Source: a virus
IMG/VR virus record: IMGVR_UViG_3300030012_002034
Coordinates: 1-64,000 of that record
Direction: 5' to 3' (one strand)
Length of the DNA stretch: 64,000 nt
Below the pieces are notes generated by a model, which was not told where the DNA came from, did no database searches, and was given only the letters and a program-made list of their open reading frames with translations. The position numbers and the translations under genes were made by a program. Of the stretch, positions 47,320 through 55,455 are shown piece after piece. Each line of letters opens with the position of its first letter. The stretch's first letter is position 1.

Positions 47320-48900
47320 TTACACACAAGGTGGGAATTTTGTTAAAGGTGTACATGCAGCTGTATCACATGTAATTGTTTCCATTTGAACATCACAGTT
47401 TCCACAACCTCCTAACCAAGTATTCATAAAGGTTTGGAAGTCAGTGTGGTTTTCATCACATATAATTTCAACTAAATATTGATCATTATCAAATACTCCA
47501 GTTGGGTTATTATAACGTGGAACAGTATGTAAAATTTGGTAACGTACCCATGTATTTTTACTTCTAATTGATGCTCCTGTATCATCAGTAAGAATATCAT
47601 TTCCTTGAGTTATCTCACGGATTCTGATATCAGTTGCAAAGTGATTTTGACCATAAGATTCTGATAAAATCAAGTCTCTAACCACTGTTTCACCTAGACC
47701 CATTGGAGAAACTGGTGCACATACTTCACTAACACAAATACCAGTGAACTCACATGGATTACCTGTGTAATCTACTTCAGAAACAAAAATCTTAATAGGC
47801 TGATAATCATATCCATCTAAGTATTGGAATGAACAATCTCCAAATTTAGTACTTACGTAGCATCCTTCAATTGTTAATCCTGCACACTCACCTGTAGTGT
47901 GACCAGTAGAAACATAATCTTTCCAGTTACCACCAATTGTAAATCCAGTTGGAGCTACTAAACCTGATGTGTCAACATCATCAGCATACCATAATTTATT
48001 ATCCTCTCCAGTAACAACTATTTGAATAAAGTCTTTCATAATAGGACTTGTAGTAAGTTGTTTAGCCCACTCAATAAATACAAGTGTACTATCTACTGGC
48101 GTAGGATTTGTAGGATCTGGACAACAATCAGTAGACATTTCAACTGTTAAATATGCATTATGTGCAAGAAGATCTAATGCAGGCTCTCCTTTTAGATCTA
48201 CTCTTAAAGAGTAAGTTTCATCACAAAGGAATTCTTGACAACAATCTTTAGATCCTTGTGTCATTGCAGCTGTATAAGTACCATCTATTGAACCAGAAGA
48301 AGGTGTTCCTGCACCTAAGTCAGCTGCAGCAATAGACCAAGTAAGTGTAGTAGCAGGTAAACCATATCCTTGACCAGCAGCAGTAATAGTAACACTAGCA
48401 ACAACACCACCAGCAACTACAACAGTAGCTAAAGCACTATTAGCTCCTGTAGAACCTGTAACTTTAACATTAGTATATGTATTATTTGTTAAGCCGCCAC
48501 CACCATTATCAACAATTGTTAATGCTTGAGTAACTAGTAAACCAACTGTGTCAGGAGTATACCCAACAGCAACAACATGATTTTGTGCAGCACAGTCATC
48601 TATTCTGTAGAATTTGTGCACATATCTAGGGTTAATAAGTTTAGACTTATTAGTTTCTTTATATCCACCGTGGTGAGGTCCTACTTTATCTTTATCATAA
48701 AGTGATCCTGAAACTAATGTTAAGGGACAACAATCAGTTGGTGCTGACCCTATGTCAACAAGATTCCAATTCTTGTCAACAAAACCAAATTCACCTTTAT
48801 CTAAGGTGTTTCCAGTTGTGCCTAAAAGGCCTTTTGCTTTTTCTACAAAGTCCTTGCTACCTAGCATGGTCTTCTTAAAAGCGTGATTAAAATAACTCAT
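47320..48900 (-). CDS. Probable auxiliary capsid/major structural protein
   Basis: 526 aa with its own promoter motif, SD-like site and terminator, suggesting high expression. Position matches the crAss-like auxiliary capsid gene. Confidence 0.5.
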   Translation of the reverse strand: MSYFNHAFKKTMLGSKDFVEKAKGLLGTTGNTLDKGEFGFVDKNWNLVDIGSAPTDCCPLTLVSGSLYDKDKVGPHHGGYKETNKSKLINPRYVHKFYRIDDCAAQNHVVAVGYTPDTVGLLVTQALTIVDNGGGGLTNNTYTNVKVTGSTGANSALATVVVAGGVVASVTITAAGQGYGLPATTLTWSIAAADLGAGTPSSGSIDGTYTAAMTQGSKDCCQEFLCDETYSLRVDLKGEPALDLLAHNAYLTVEMSTDCCPDPTNPTPVDSTLVFIEWAKQLTTSPIMKDFIQIVVTGEDNKLWYADDVDTSGLVAPTGFTIGGNWKDYVSTGHTTGECAGLTIEGCYVSTKFGDCSFQYLDGYDYQPIKIFVSEVDYTGNPCEFTGICVSEVCAPVSPMGLGETVVRDLILSESYGQNHFATDIRIREITQGNDILTDDTGASIRSKNTWVRYQILHTVPRYNNPTGVFDNDQYLVEIICDENHTDFQTFMNTWLGGCGNCDVQMETITCDTAACTPLTKFPPCV

Positions 48901-48959
48901 TTTTTAAATTGCCTCCTATTTTATTCAGAGGACTTTTTTTGTTTATAAATAAATAGATA

Positions 48960-48976
48960 CTATAATATAATAAAAT
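48960..48976 (-). promoter_or_regulatory. Candidate late-promoter motif
   Basis: TTTTATTATATTATAG upstream of the 526-aa gene. Confidence 0.4.
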
Positions 48977-48997
48977 TTAGTATAATATCAAAATAGT

Positions 48998-49696
48998 TTA
49001 ATTATTTCTTTCAGCTGTATCTGTACCTCTTGAGAACTGACTCATAGATTCAATATCTCCAGCTAATACACTAACTGTTTCATCAATAATTAATTCAACT
49101 ATATCATCTTTAAATTCAGATATAACATCTGTAGTAGATTGTACCTGAGTATAAGGATTAGAGCATCCTTTAATTTGAATTTTACGTGGTTGTCTATAAT
49201 AGACAAACTCACTTTTATCAATTTCAAAATCTTGATTAGTAAAAATATTTAGTTTATTTCCTTGTAGAGTAGCAAATGTTTCTGACCATTCAAAGCTTGG
49301 TTGTTTTGATTTATCTCTTAAAAGTAAATTAAGGTTAGCTTCTTCAACTAAGTATACTACCATTCTTCTATTCTCACAACAATCCTTTTTTGCAAAAGCA
49401 TCTACTCTTTTCCATTGTAAATAATCTATAGGAACAGCGGCAGAAAAATGATCAACTTTATCAGTTAATATTAAATTATCAGTTACCAATAAAGCTTGAA
49501 GATCATCTATTCTTCTAGTAGATTGTTCATCACCTTCTTTCATTAAGTTCATACCATGAAGTTGCCTACGGGCCCATTCTACTTGTGCTTTATTAAAAGC
49601 CTCAACAATCATCCAGCATTCTATGTTATCATAGTCATTACTGTCTAATTTATTTAGACGCTGTTTTACTTTAATTGTTATAGTACTATTTAACAT
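48998..49696 (-). CDS. Head-tail ring/connector protein (crAss conserved capsid-module gene)
   Basis: 232 aa with KLDSNDY...AFNKAQ...RRIDDLQAL...YYRQPRKI and an ELIIDETV C-terminus. Confidence 0.65.
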   Translation of the reverse strand: MLNSTITIKVKQRLNKLDSNDYDNIECWMIVEAFNKAQVEWARRQLHGMNLMKEGDEQSTRRIDDLQALLVTDNLILTDKVDHFSAAVPIDYLQWKRVDAFAKKDCCENRRMVVYLVEEANLNLLLRDKSKQPSFEWSETFATLQGNKLNIFTNQDFEIDKSEFVYYRQPRKIQIKGCSNPYTQVQSTTDVISEFKDDIVELIIDETVSVLAGDIESMSQFSRGTDTAERNN

Positions 49697-49905
49697 TACT
49701 TCTTTTTCTTTCTTAATTTACCTAATGTAATTGCAAATCTAGCACGTTGAGCAGTTTTACCTTTACCTTTAGCTTTTTCTCTAAGCCAAGACTTTTTTAT
49801 TTTCTTATTCTTTTTATCATATCCTCCTTCTCTTTTAGCTGTCGCAGTAAGAGAACCTGGTTTCTTAATTGCTTTTTTAATATTTAACTTTTTCTTTTGT
49901 GCCAT
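49696..49905 (-). CDS. Small highly basic protein
   Basis: Likely start ATG 49905 (MAQKKKLNIKKAIKKPGSL...RARFAITLGKLRKKKK). The track start at 49923 overlaps the previous gene. Confidence 0.7.
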   Translation of the reverse strand: MAQKKKLNIKKAIKKPGSLTATAKREGGYDKKNKKIKKSWLREKAKGKGKTAQRARFAITLGKLRKKKK

Positions 49906-49910
49906 TTTTA

Positions 49911-50195
49911 TTAGCATTTCCACCTTCTTCTAGCCTGTCTTATTCTAGAATTAGGATTATTTCTTGTTTTAGCACTACTCCTTTTTAGCTGCCCTAAGCT
50001 TCTAGCACAATATGATTTACGTCTTTTAGCAGCTTTACTACCTTTCTTGACTTTACCCGTTACAGCTGTTTTTAACTTAGATCCGGGATTAGCACGTCTA
50101 TATGCTCTAACTCCCTTTTTAGTCATTCCTGCACCAGATTTAGTCTTACGGTAGTTACCACCTTTACCAATTGTTCTTCTTATTGCTTTAGCCAT
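49911..50195 (-). CDS. Small highly basic protein
   Basis: 94 aa, GMTKKGVRAYRRANPGSKLKTAV...RRKSYCAR...RRWKC. TAATG-coupled to the upstream gene. Confidence 0.8.
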   Translation of the reverse strand: MAKAIRRTIGKGGNYRKTKSGAGMTKKGVRAYRRANPGSKLKTAVTGKVKKGSKAAKRRKSYCARSLGQLKRSSAKTRNNPNSRIRQARRRWKC

Positions 50196-50494
50196 TATTT
50201 CTTCTTTTTAGCATTATGTGCTTTTCTAATAGACTCTTTTCCTCTTTTAAATATAGCAGCTTGTTTAGGCTTTCCTCCATATTTAGATCTTTGTTCACCT
50301 ACAGTTAGTATTTGAATTTTTCTAGCATAAGGTTTTCTAATTCTTTTTACTTTAGCTACTGTAGCTCTTGCATCTGCTTCAGTTGCATATTTTATTTTAA
50401 CAGTATCTTTAGGATTTTCATCTGTATAAAGTCTCCTACTGCTACCTTTAGGTTTCTTACCTGTGCCAACTTTAGGATCTTTTTTCTTAGCCAT
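50195..50494 (-). CDS. Small highly basic protein
   Basis: 99 aa, DPKVGTGKKPKGSSRRLYTDENPKDTV. TAATG-coupled. Confidence 0.8.
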   Translation of the reverse strand: MAKKKDPKVGTGKKPKGSSRRLYTDENPKDTVKIKYATEADARATVAKVKRIRKPYARKIQILTVGEQRSKYGGKPKQAAIFKRGKESIRKAHNAKKKK

Positions 50495-50622
50495 TACTTC
50501 TTTTTCTTAGATGGCTTAGACATACTTTTAAGCATAGCATCAATTCTTGCTGCTTGACCTTTATGCATAGCAGATGCTTTCTTTAACTCTGCAGAAATCT
50601 TTTTTAGTTTTTTAGTATCCAT
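50494..50622 (-). CDS. Small highly basic protein, 42 aa, absent from the ORF track
   Basis: MDTKKLKKISAELKKASAMHKGQAARIDAMLKSMSKPSKKKK. It fills the gap, and its TAA overlaps the next ATG. Confidence 0.75.
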   Translation of the reverse strand: MDTKKLKKISAELKKASAMHKGQAARIDAMLKSMSKPSKKKK

Positions 50623-50624
50623 AA

Positions 50625-50867
50625 TTATCTTTTTTTCTTTTTGTGTAAACCATGTTTAGCATGTTGTTTACCTGCTCTAGTAGCAGCTCTTTTCTTTTTA
50701 TTTGCGGCAGCTAATTTCTTTCTACCTTTTTTAGTACTTTTTAATTTTGCAATAGTTTTAGAAGGAGCATAGACTTCACCAGTTTCAGAAGACTTCTTAC
50801 CAGAAGGAGTTCTCCATTTCTGTTTAGTCCATCTCTTTAAACTTTTTTGTTTCTTAGTTAGTCCCAT
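50625..50867 (-). CDS. Small highly basic protein (DUF5872-like, C-terminal part)
   Basis: 80 aa, QKSLKRWTKQKWRT...GEVYAP. Confidence 0.7.
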   Translation of the reverse strand: MGLTKKQKSLKRWTKQKWRTPSGKKSSETGEVYAPSKTIAKLKSTKKGRKKLAAANKKKRAATRAGKQHAKHGLHKKKKR

Positions 50868-51097
50868 TATCTATATCCTCCTCCTTTAGCTTTATATTGT
50901 TTAGCTAGCATCTGTGCTTTTCTAGCAGACCACTGACCAGGTCTCCCCCCTTTACTGCCCGCTTTAATACGTTCAAATAATCTTTTACGCATACCAGGTT
51001 TAGTATAATTACCAGAAGAATTAACCGTACTCTTCTTTTTTTTAGAAGTGCTCTTTCTCTTAGAAGAAGACCTTTTCAATGTTTTTTTCAATGCCAT
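50867..51097 (-). CDS. Small highly basic protein (DUF5872-like, N-terminal part)
   Basis: 76 aa, NYTKPGMRKRLFERIKAGSKGGRPGQWSARKAQMLAKQYKAKGGGY. Confidence 0.7.
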   Translation of the reverse strand: MALKKTLKRSSSKRKSTSKKKKSTVNSSGNYTKPGMRKRLFERIKAGSKGGRPGQWSARKAQMLAKQYKAKGGGYR

Positions 51098-51099
51098 TT

Positions 51100-52107
51100 T
51101 TAACTATTCCAAAATTTTTCACATTTAGTATTTAAATCACTAAGAATATCCTCATGTAAAGGGTTCTTAAGATACTCAACAACATCACTAACATTTCTGC
51201 CTAGTGCAGCATTTGTATCATTGTGATAAATATAACCATCACTCTTATTAACAATATACTTAAAAAAAACGGAATCTTTAACAATTGCCTTAATTTTTAA
51301 TGTTTCCATATTCATTTTGCATGCATCTAAGAATGAAGTTGCTGCTCTTTCTTTATTACTTTCAATACCTTGACCACTAATATAAATATCCATATTATCA
51401 TAAATAACATCATTTGGAGTATCTTTCTTATATAGTGTACTATGAGTATCTACTACTTTAGCAATATAAAATAACTTACTACTATTCTTATCAAATAATT
51501 TTTGTAGTTCAGAGTATGCTTTGTTTCTTAGTTTCTTATACTCTGTTCTTATCATTGCAGTATCTTCTTCTTTATCTAGATAAAACTTAGGCGGTACTGC
51601 TTGTGATCTTGCATCATCATAACTTTTTGCAACTAAGGAAAATCCTCCTGCTTCTATTGCATGAAACTTAATTCTATCATAAGGGTCTTTTAAATCTAGG
51701 TATACGGGTTCATTACCGCATTTAATTTCAATCTTATTCCAGAATTCAGCGTTATTAGGTTTTAATAAAGTTACTTTATTCCAAAAGTCTTTATCTTCTA
51801 TATCAATAACATTTGATGCTAATTCTTTTTCTAGCTCTGCTACTGTAGTTCTTATTTGTTTTATCTTAGCTTTCTTTGCATCTCCTGTTAATAATTTAAC
51901 TGCAGGTGCAAATTCATTTAATCCGGTAACATATCTTATAATACCGTTTTTTTCAATACATGCTAGTTGTTCCATATGTTTGACACCATCAAACATTGTT
52001 ATTCCATAATCCTCTAATCCCATATTTGAGACAGTAGGGTCAAAGTAAGGTTTAATTCTTACTTGTGTTTTCTTATTTGTTTTTGTAATTACTTGTGTAA
52101 ATGACAT
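51100..52107 (-). CDS. Conserved crAss-like capsid-module protein (gene immediately after MCP)
   Basis: 335 aa with YVTGL, FWN, LDLKDPYD and C-terminal LGRNVSDVVEYLKNP. Synteny supports the call. Confidence 0.65.
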   Translation of the reverse strand: MSFTQVITKTNKKTQVRIKPYFDPTVSNMGLEDYGITMFDGVKHMEQLACIEKNGIIRYVTGLNEFAPAVKLLTGDAKKAKIKQIRTTVAELEKELASNVIDIEDKDFWNKVTLLKPNNAEFWNKIEIKCGNEPVYLDLKDPYDRIKFHAIEAGGFSLVAKSYDDARSQAVPPKFYLDKEEDTAMIRTEYKKLRNKAYSELQKLFDKNSSKLFYIAKVVDTHSTLYKKDTPNDVIYDNMDIYISGQGIESNKERAATSFLDACKMNMETLKIKAIVKDSVFFKYIVNKSDGYIYHNDTNAALGRNVSDVVEYLKNPLHEDILSDLNTKCEKFWNS

Positions 52108-52126
52108 AATGTTGGTTTAAAAAATT

Positions 52127-52167
52127 AAAAAAAAGAAAATGGGGAGCAATGTCTACTCCCCGTTTTC
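52127..52167 (-). terminator. Rho-independent terminator after MCP (possibly bidirectional)
   Basis: Minus strand GAAAACGGGGAGUA-GACAU-UGCUCCCCAUUUUC followed by U8. Confidence 0.85.
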
Positions 52168-52176
52168 ATATATATA

Positions 52177-53793
52177 TTAGAATGATCCGCCAGTGATTGG
52201 GTTACGCATCACAATCTTAAGCACTTTAGTTGGGTCTTTTACCCATACTGCAGGCATTGTTTGTGACATGTATACACGGTAACCGTTAAACTGTCCTGAT
52301 CCTTGGAAGCCTTGAGTTCTTCCTTGATAATCCATAGTTCCATTTTGATAGAACCATTTTAATTGATTATCCCAAGATAATTTCAACATAAAGATGTTGT
52401 CATTAGTATTATCCGTTACATCAAAGATAATGAAAGAATAAGATGATAATGGGAATCCATCAATAATTGGGTTCTCAATGTCATTAGTATGAACATTGTC
52501 AAACGCAGGATTAATTACAAACTTCACGTTTGCTAAGAAAGGAATTACATAAGAAGTATATGCAAATCCAAAGTTAAGGTCCATTCCTTTACCAGTAATT
52601 GCACCTATATCAGCAGCTTGAATAGTAAGACCTGAAGCTACAGCTTCTAATTTAATAGCCTCATTAACCATTCTCATACCACCCATACCTGTTTGTACAA
52701 TTAATTGACGTTGTGGATCTGGTCCAGTAAAGTCAACTTTACCATTGAAGAAATTAAAGATCTCTCCACGGAATAAATCAAGGTTGAAGTTATTCTTGTT
52801 GTATACTCTTTTGAAAGAGTTATCCAACTGTTTCCAAAGACCTACAGATAATCTTACATCATCTGGACCGTCTTGTCTAACTCTACCACCATGACCCCAC
52901 ATTAGGTAAGTCTCAATGTCAGTAGCTACTTTTGTTAAGTGAGCTGCTTCCATATTTGTTAAGAAGCTTCTTGATAAATCTCCGTTATCAAATGCTTTCT
53001 TAACTGCATCTTTACCCATGATTTTAACCATATCTTCCATAGAAGAAACAGAAGGATTAAGATTCTTGTCAAAAGATCTCCAGATCTCTGTAACAGGAAT
53101 AGTACCATCTGCATTCATTCCACCTTTGATCATAAGATCAGCTCTAGAAGAAATAGAATAGTGAACGTGAGCTTCAGCTCCTCCTACATAGTTGTAGAAT
53201 TCACGGAAACCAGTGTTAGTAATGATATCAGAAAATCTCTCTCCATACTCACCTCTTGCAGAACCTTTTCTAAAAAGTTTAGTTCCATTAGCAAGATACT
53301 TGTTGTCTAGAAATTTAGTACTATCATTATTAACTAACTGAACAGTGTAGATGAATCCATCACCAAGAGGTTGTATATCATCTGCTGTAATATAAAGTTC
53401 AGCACCGTTATACTTGTCATAAGTAATGATATCACCGTGACCAAATTCACGTTTGTTAATTTTAATCTTAAAGGTAGTACCATCAATACCTTTAGACGTA
53501 TTGGAAGCTTCAATATCCTCAATGATATAAGGAAGATCCTGATTAACAGGAGTCTGCCATTTATACTCACCACGGGCATTGTCAACCATGATTACATTTT
53601 TACCACCAAAACTAGAAAGTTGATAAAGAGGCATCTCTACTTTTTGAGCCATAGCCCATAGGTCCACTGGACCCATATCCATAGGTTCTGCATCTTGCAA
53701 CATGTTTCTAAGGTGATAGGAATCCAAATGTGACGAAGCCTGATAAGCTGTGTCTCTCATAAAGATCCCATTGTTTAAAACTGGAGTTGCCAT
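52177..53793 (-). CDS. Major capsid protein (crAss-like)
   Basis: 538 aa, following portal and scaffold. EYKW, LMWG, GLWKQL, TGMGG and VWVKDPTK motifs, with a strong terminator downstream. Confidence 0.85.
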   Translation of the reverse strand: MATPVLNNGIFMRDTAYQASSHLDSYHLRNMLQDAEPMDMGPVDLWAMAQKVEMPLYQLSSFGGKNVIMVDNARGEYKWQTPVNQDLPYIIEDIEASNTSKGIDGTTFKIKINKREFGHGDIITYDKYNGAELYITADDIQPLGDGFIYTVQLVNNDSTKFLDNKYLANGTKLFRKGSARGEYGERFSDIITNTGFREFYNYVGGAEAHVHYSISSRADLMIKGGMNADGTIPVTEIWRSFDKNLNPSVSSMEDMVKIMGKDAVKKAFDNGDLSRSFLTNMEAAHLTKVATDIETYLMWGHGGRVRQDGPDDVRLSVGLWKQLDNSFKRVYNKNNFNLDLFRGEIFNFFNGKVDFTGPDPQRQLIVQTGMGGMRMVNEAIKLEAVASGLTIQAADIGAITGKGMDLNFGFAYTSYVIPFLANVKFVINPAFDNVHTNDIENPIIDGFPLSSYSFIIFDVTDNTNDNIFMLKLSWDNQLKWFYQNGTMDYQGRTQGFQGSGQFNGYRVYMSQTMPAVWVKDPTKVLKIVMRNPITGGSF

Positions 53794-53813
53794 TTGTTAT
53801 TATTTATTTGTTA

Positions 53814-55082
53814 TTAAAATCGTTTAAAAAAATTATTTTTGTTTCTAGGAATACTCTTTTTCTTTGTAGTTCTAGAAGTTGTTTTCTTTTCCGGTGTTAC
53901 TGAGGATGTTATCTTTCTTGAAGACTCAGTCTTCAACATCCTTACAGTTTTTTCATTTGCCTTATTACTTCCTTGACTTTGAATCTTACTTCTGTATCCT
54001 TGAGGATCTGCAAGTAACCAAAGTGCTTCCGCAATAAGATCATGTCTTGGTTCTACATATTGGTATTTCTCTAACAAGTGTCCCAATAAATTTGTAGGTT
54101 TACCTGACATAGAAGGGTAACTAGGTTGAACTAAACCTGTGTATAAAAGTCCTTGTGTCTTTTTATCTAGTTTTACCTCTCCTAATTTACCTACAGATAA
54201 TGTATTATAAACATCATCCATATAAGCTCTTGCTGCATCTTCTTGTTGCTTTTTCATTTGCTCTTGTTGAGCTAACTGTCTAGCAACAATTTCTTCTTGC
54301 ATTCTATCTAACTTAGGTTTAAACTGATTAGCTTTCTTTTCTAGCTTTTCAATATCTCTCCATGTATCTATCTCTTCTTGAATTTCTTCAGGAGTTCCAA
54401 AGTTAGTAGCTGTTAAATACTGTCTTGCTATTTCAGCCTGGTGTTGCTCATTAGAAGGATCTAATTGAGTAACCTCTTCAACGTGTGCAAGAGTTCTAAA
54501 TAATCCCTTCATGTCAGTACCCCCATCTGCTACATATTTTGCAGCTATCTGAAGTTCTTGAGGAAGAGAGTTAAAAAATTCTTTAGGTGTATCCTGTCTA
54601 ATTTTTTCTTCTCTTTGTTGAAAGTTAGCTTCAAACAATTCTCTAAAATCTTTTGCTGTATAGTCCTCTATAGGTTTATCATCATCAAAAGGCATTAAAG
54701 AACCTTCTTCAATCATCTTATTAGCTAAGTCTGCAAGACCACTTTTATCCAGTCTACGTCTTCCTTTCCCTTCAGCATCTTCTTCCTGACTAATTAAATC
54801 ATCTAGTTCAGCAATTGCTTCTTCTGTCTGTTCTGCTATTACTTCATCTGAAACAGGTTTTTCTTCTGTTTCAGTTTCTGTTTTTGCAGGCTTGTCAATG
54901 AACTCAGTGTCAAACGGCTTTTCAGTCGCTAAGACATTTGTTGGTTTTTCAGTTTCTTCTTCTTTTGGTAGCATTACATTGCTTGCATCCGGGCTTGCAC
55001 CAAATATACTATCAATATCTACATCTACCTGACCTACCGTTGTAGTATCTTGTGTTTCCACATTAGTGTTTTCTTCACTCAT
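53814..55082 (-). CDS. Scaffold-like acidic capsid assembly protein
   Basis: Acidic N-terminus, coiled coil and basic C-terminus, between portal and MCP. The true start is probably ATG 55082 (MSEENT), because the track's TTG start at 55121 lies inside the promoter motif. Confidence 0.7.
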   Translation of the reverse strand: MSEENTNVETQDTTTVGQVDVDIDSIFGASPDASNVMLPKEEETEKPTNVLATEKPFDTEFIDKPAKTETETEEKPVSDEVIAEQTEEAIAELDDLISQEEDAEGKGRRRLDKSGLADLANKMIEEGSLMPFDDDKPIEDYTAKDFRELFEANFQQREEKIRQDTPKEFFNSLPQELQIAAKYVADGGTDMKGLFRTLAHVEEVTQLDPSNEQHQAEIARQYLTATNFGTPEEIQEEIDTWRDIEKLEKKANQFKPKLDRMQEEIVARQLAQQEQMKKQQEDAARAYMDDVYNTLSVGKLGEVKLDKKTQGLLYTGLVQPSYPSMSGKPTNLLGHLLEKYQYVEPRHDLIAEALWLLADPQGYRSKIQSQGSNKANEKTVRMLKTESSRKITSSVTPEKKTTSRTTKKKSIPRNKNNFFKRF

Positions 55083-55109
55083 TTTTGTTGGTTTTAAATT
55101 ACTGTTACT

Positions 55110-55125
55110 ATTAATATACAAATTA
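55110..55125 (-). promoter_or_regulatory. Candidate phage late-promoter motif TATATTA
   Basis: AATTTGTATATTAAT upstream of the scaffold/MCP operon. The same core recurs in five other gaps. Confidence 0.5.
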
Positions 55126-55182
55126 ACTTTAAAATAAACTTAAGAAATTTAAAAATTTTTGATAAAAATCTGCACTATATAG

Positions 55183-55455
55183 CTATTTTATTTTTTTATA
55201 TAACTTTTCAAGCTCTTTTATATAAAAATTTCTTTCTTCTGATCTTACTAAAGCTATTTCTTTAATAAAGTTTTCTCTCTCTAAATGACATTGTTTTAAA
55301 AATTGTTCTCTTTCTTTATGCCATGTTTCACGTTCTCTTGTTGATCTATCAGATATCTCTTCAATTTTTCTAAGCAGCCACCTCTCTCTTGTAATAGCAT
55401 ATACTACCCAAACACCAAGAACTCCGTATTGTGTAAGTATATCAAAGAATTCCAT
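55183..55455 (-). CDS. Holin-like protein (BhlA/UviB-like)
   Basis: 90 aa, ILTQYGVLGVWVVYAI single hydrophobic helix followed by a charged coiled coil. Confidence 0.45.
   Translation of the reverse strand: MEFFDILTQYGVLGVWVVYAITRERWLLRKIEEISDRSTRERETWHKEREQFLKQCHLERENFIKEIALVRSEERNFYIKELEKLYKKIK

Noticed and set aside
55083-55121. N-terminal extension MYINSNSNLKPTK of the scaffold ORF
   Set aside because: It starts at a TTG inside the promoter-like motif and spans the AACCAACAAAA leader. ATG 55082 is the more plausible start.
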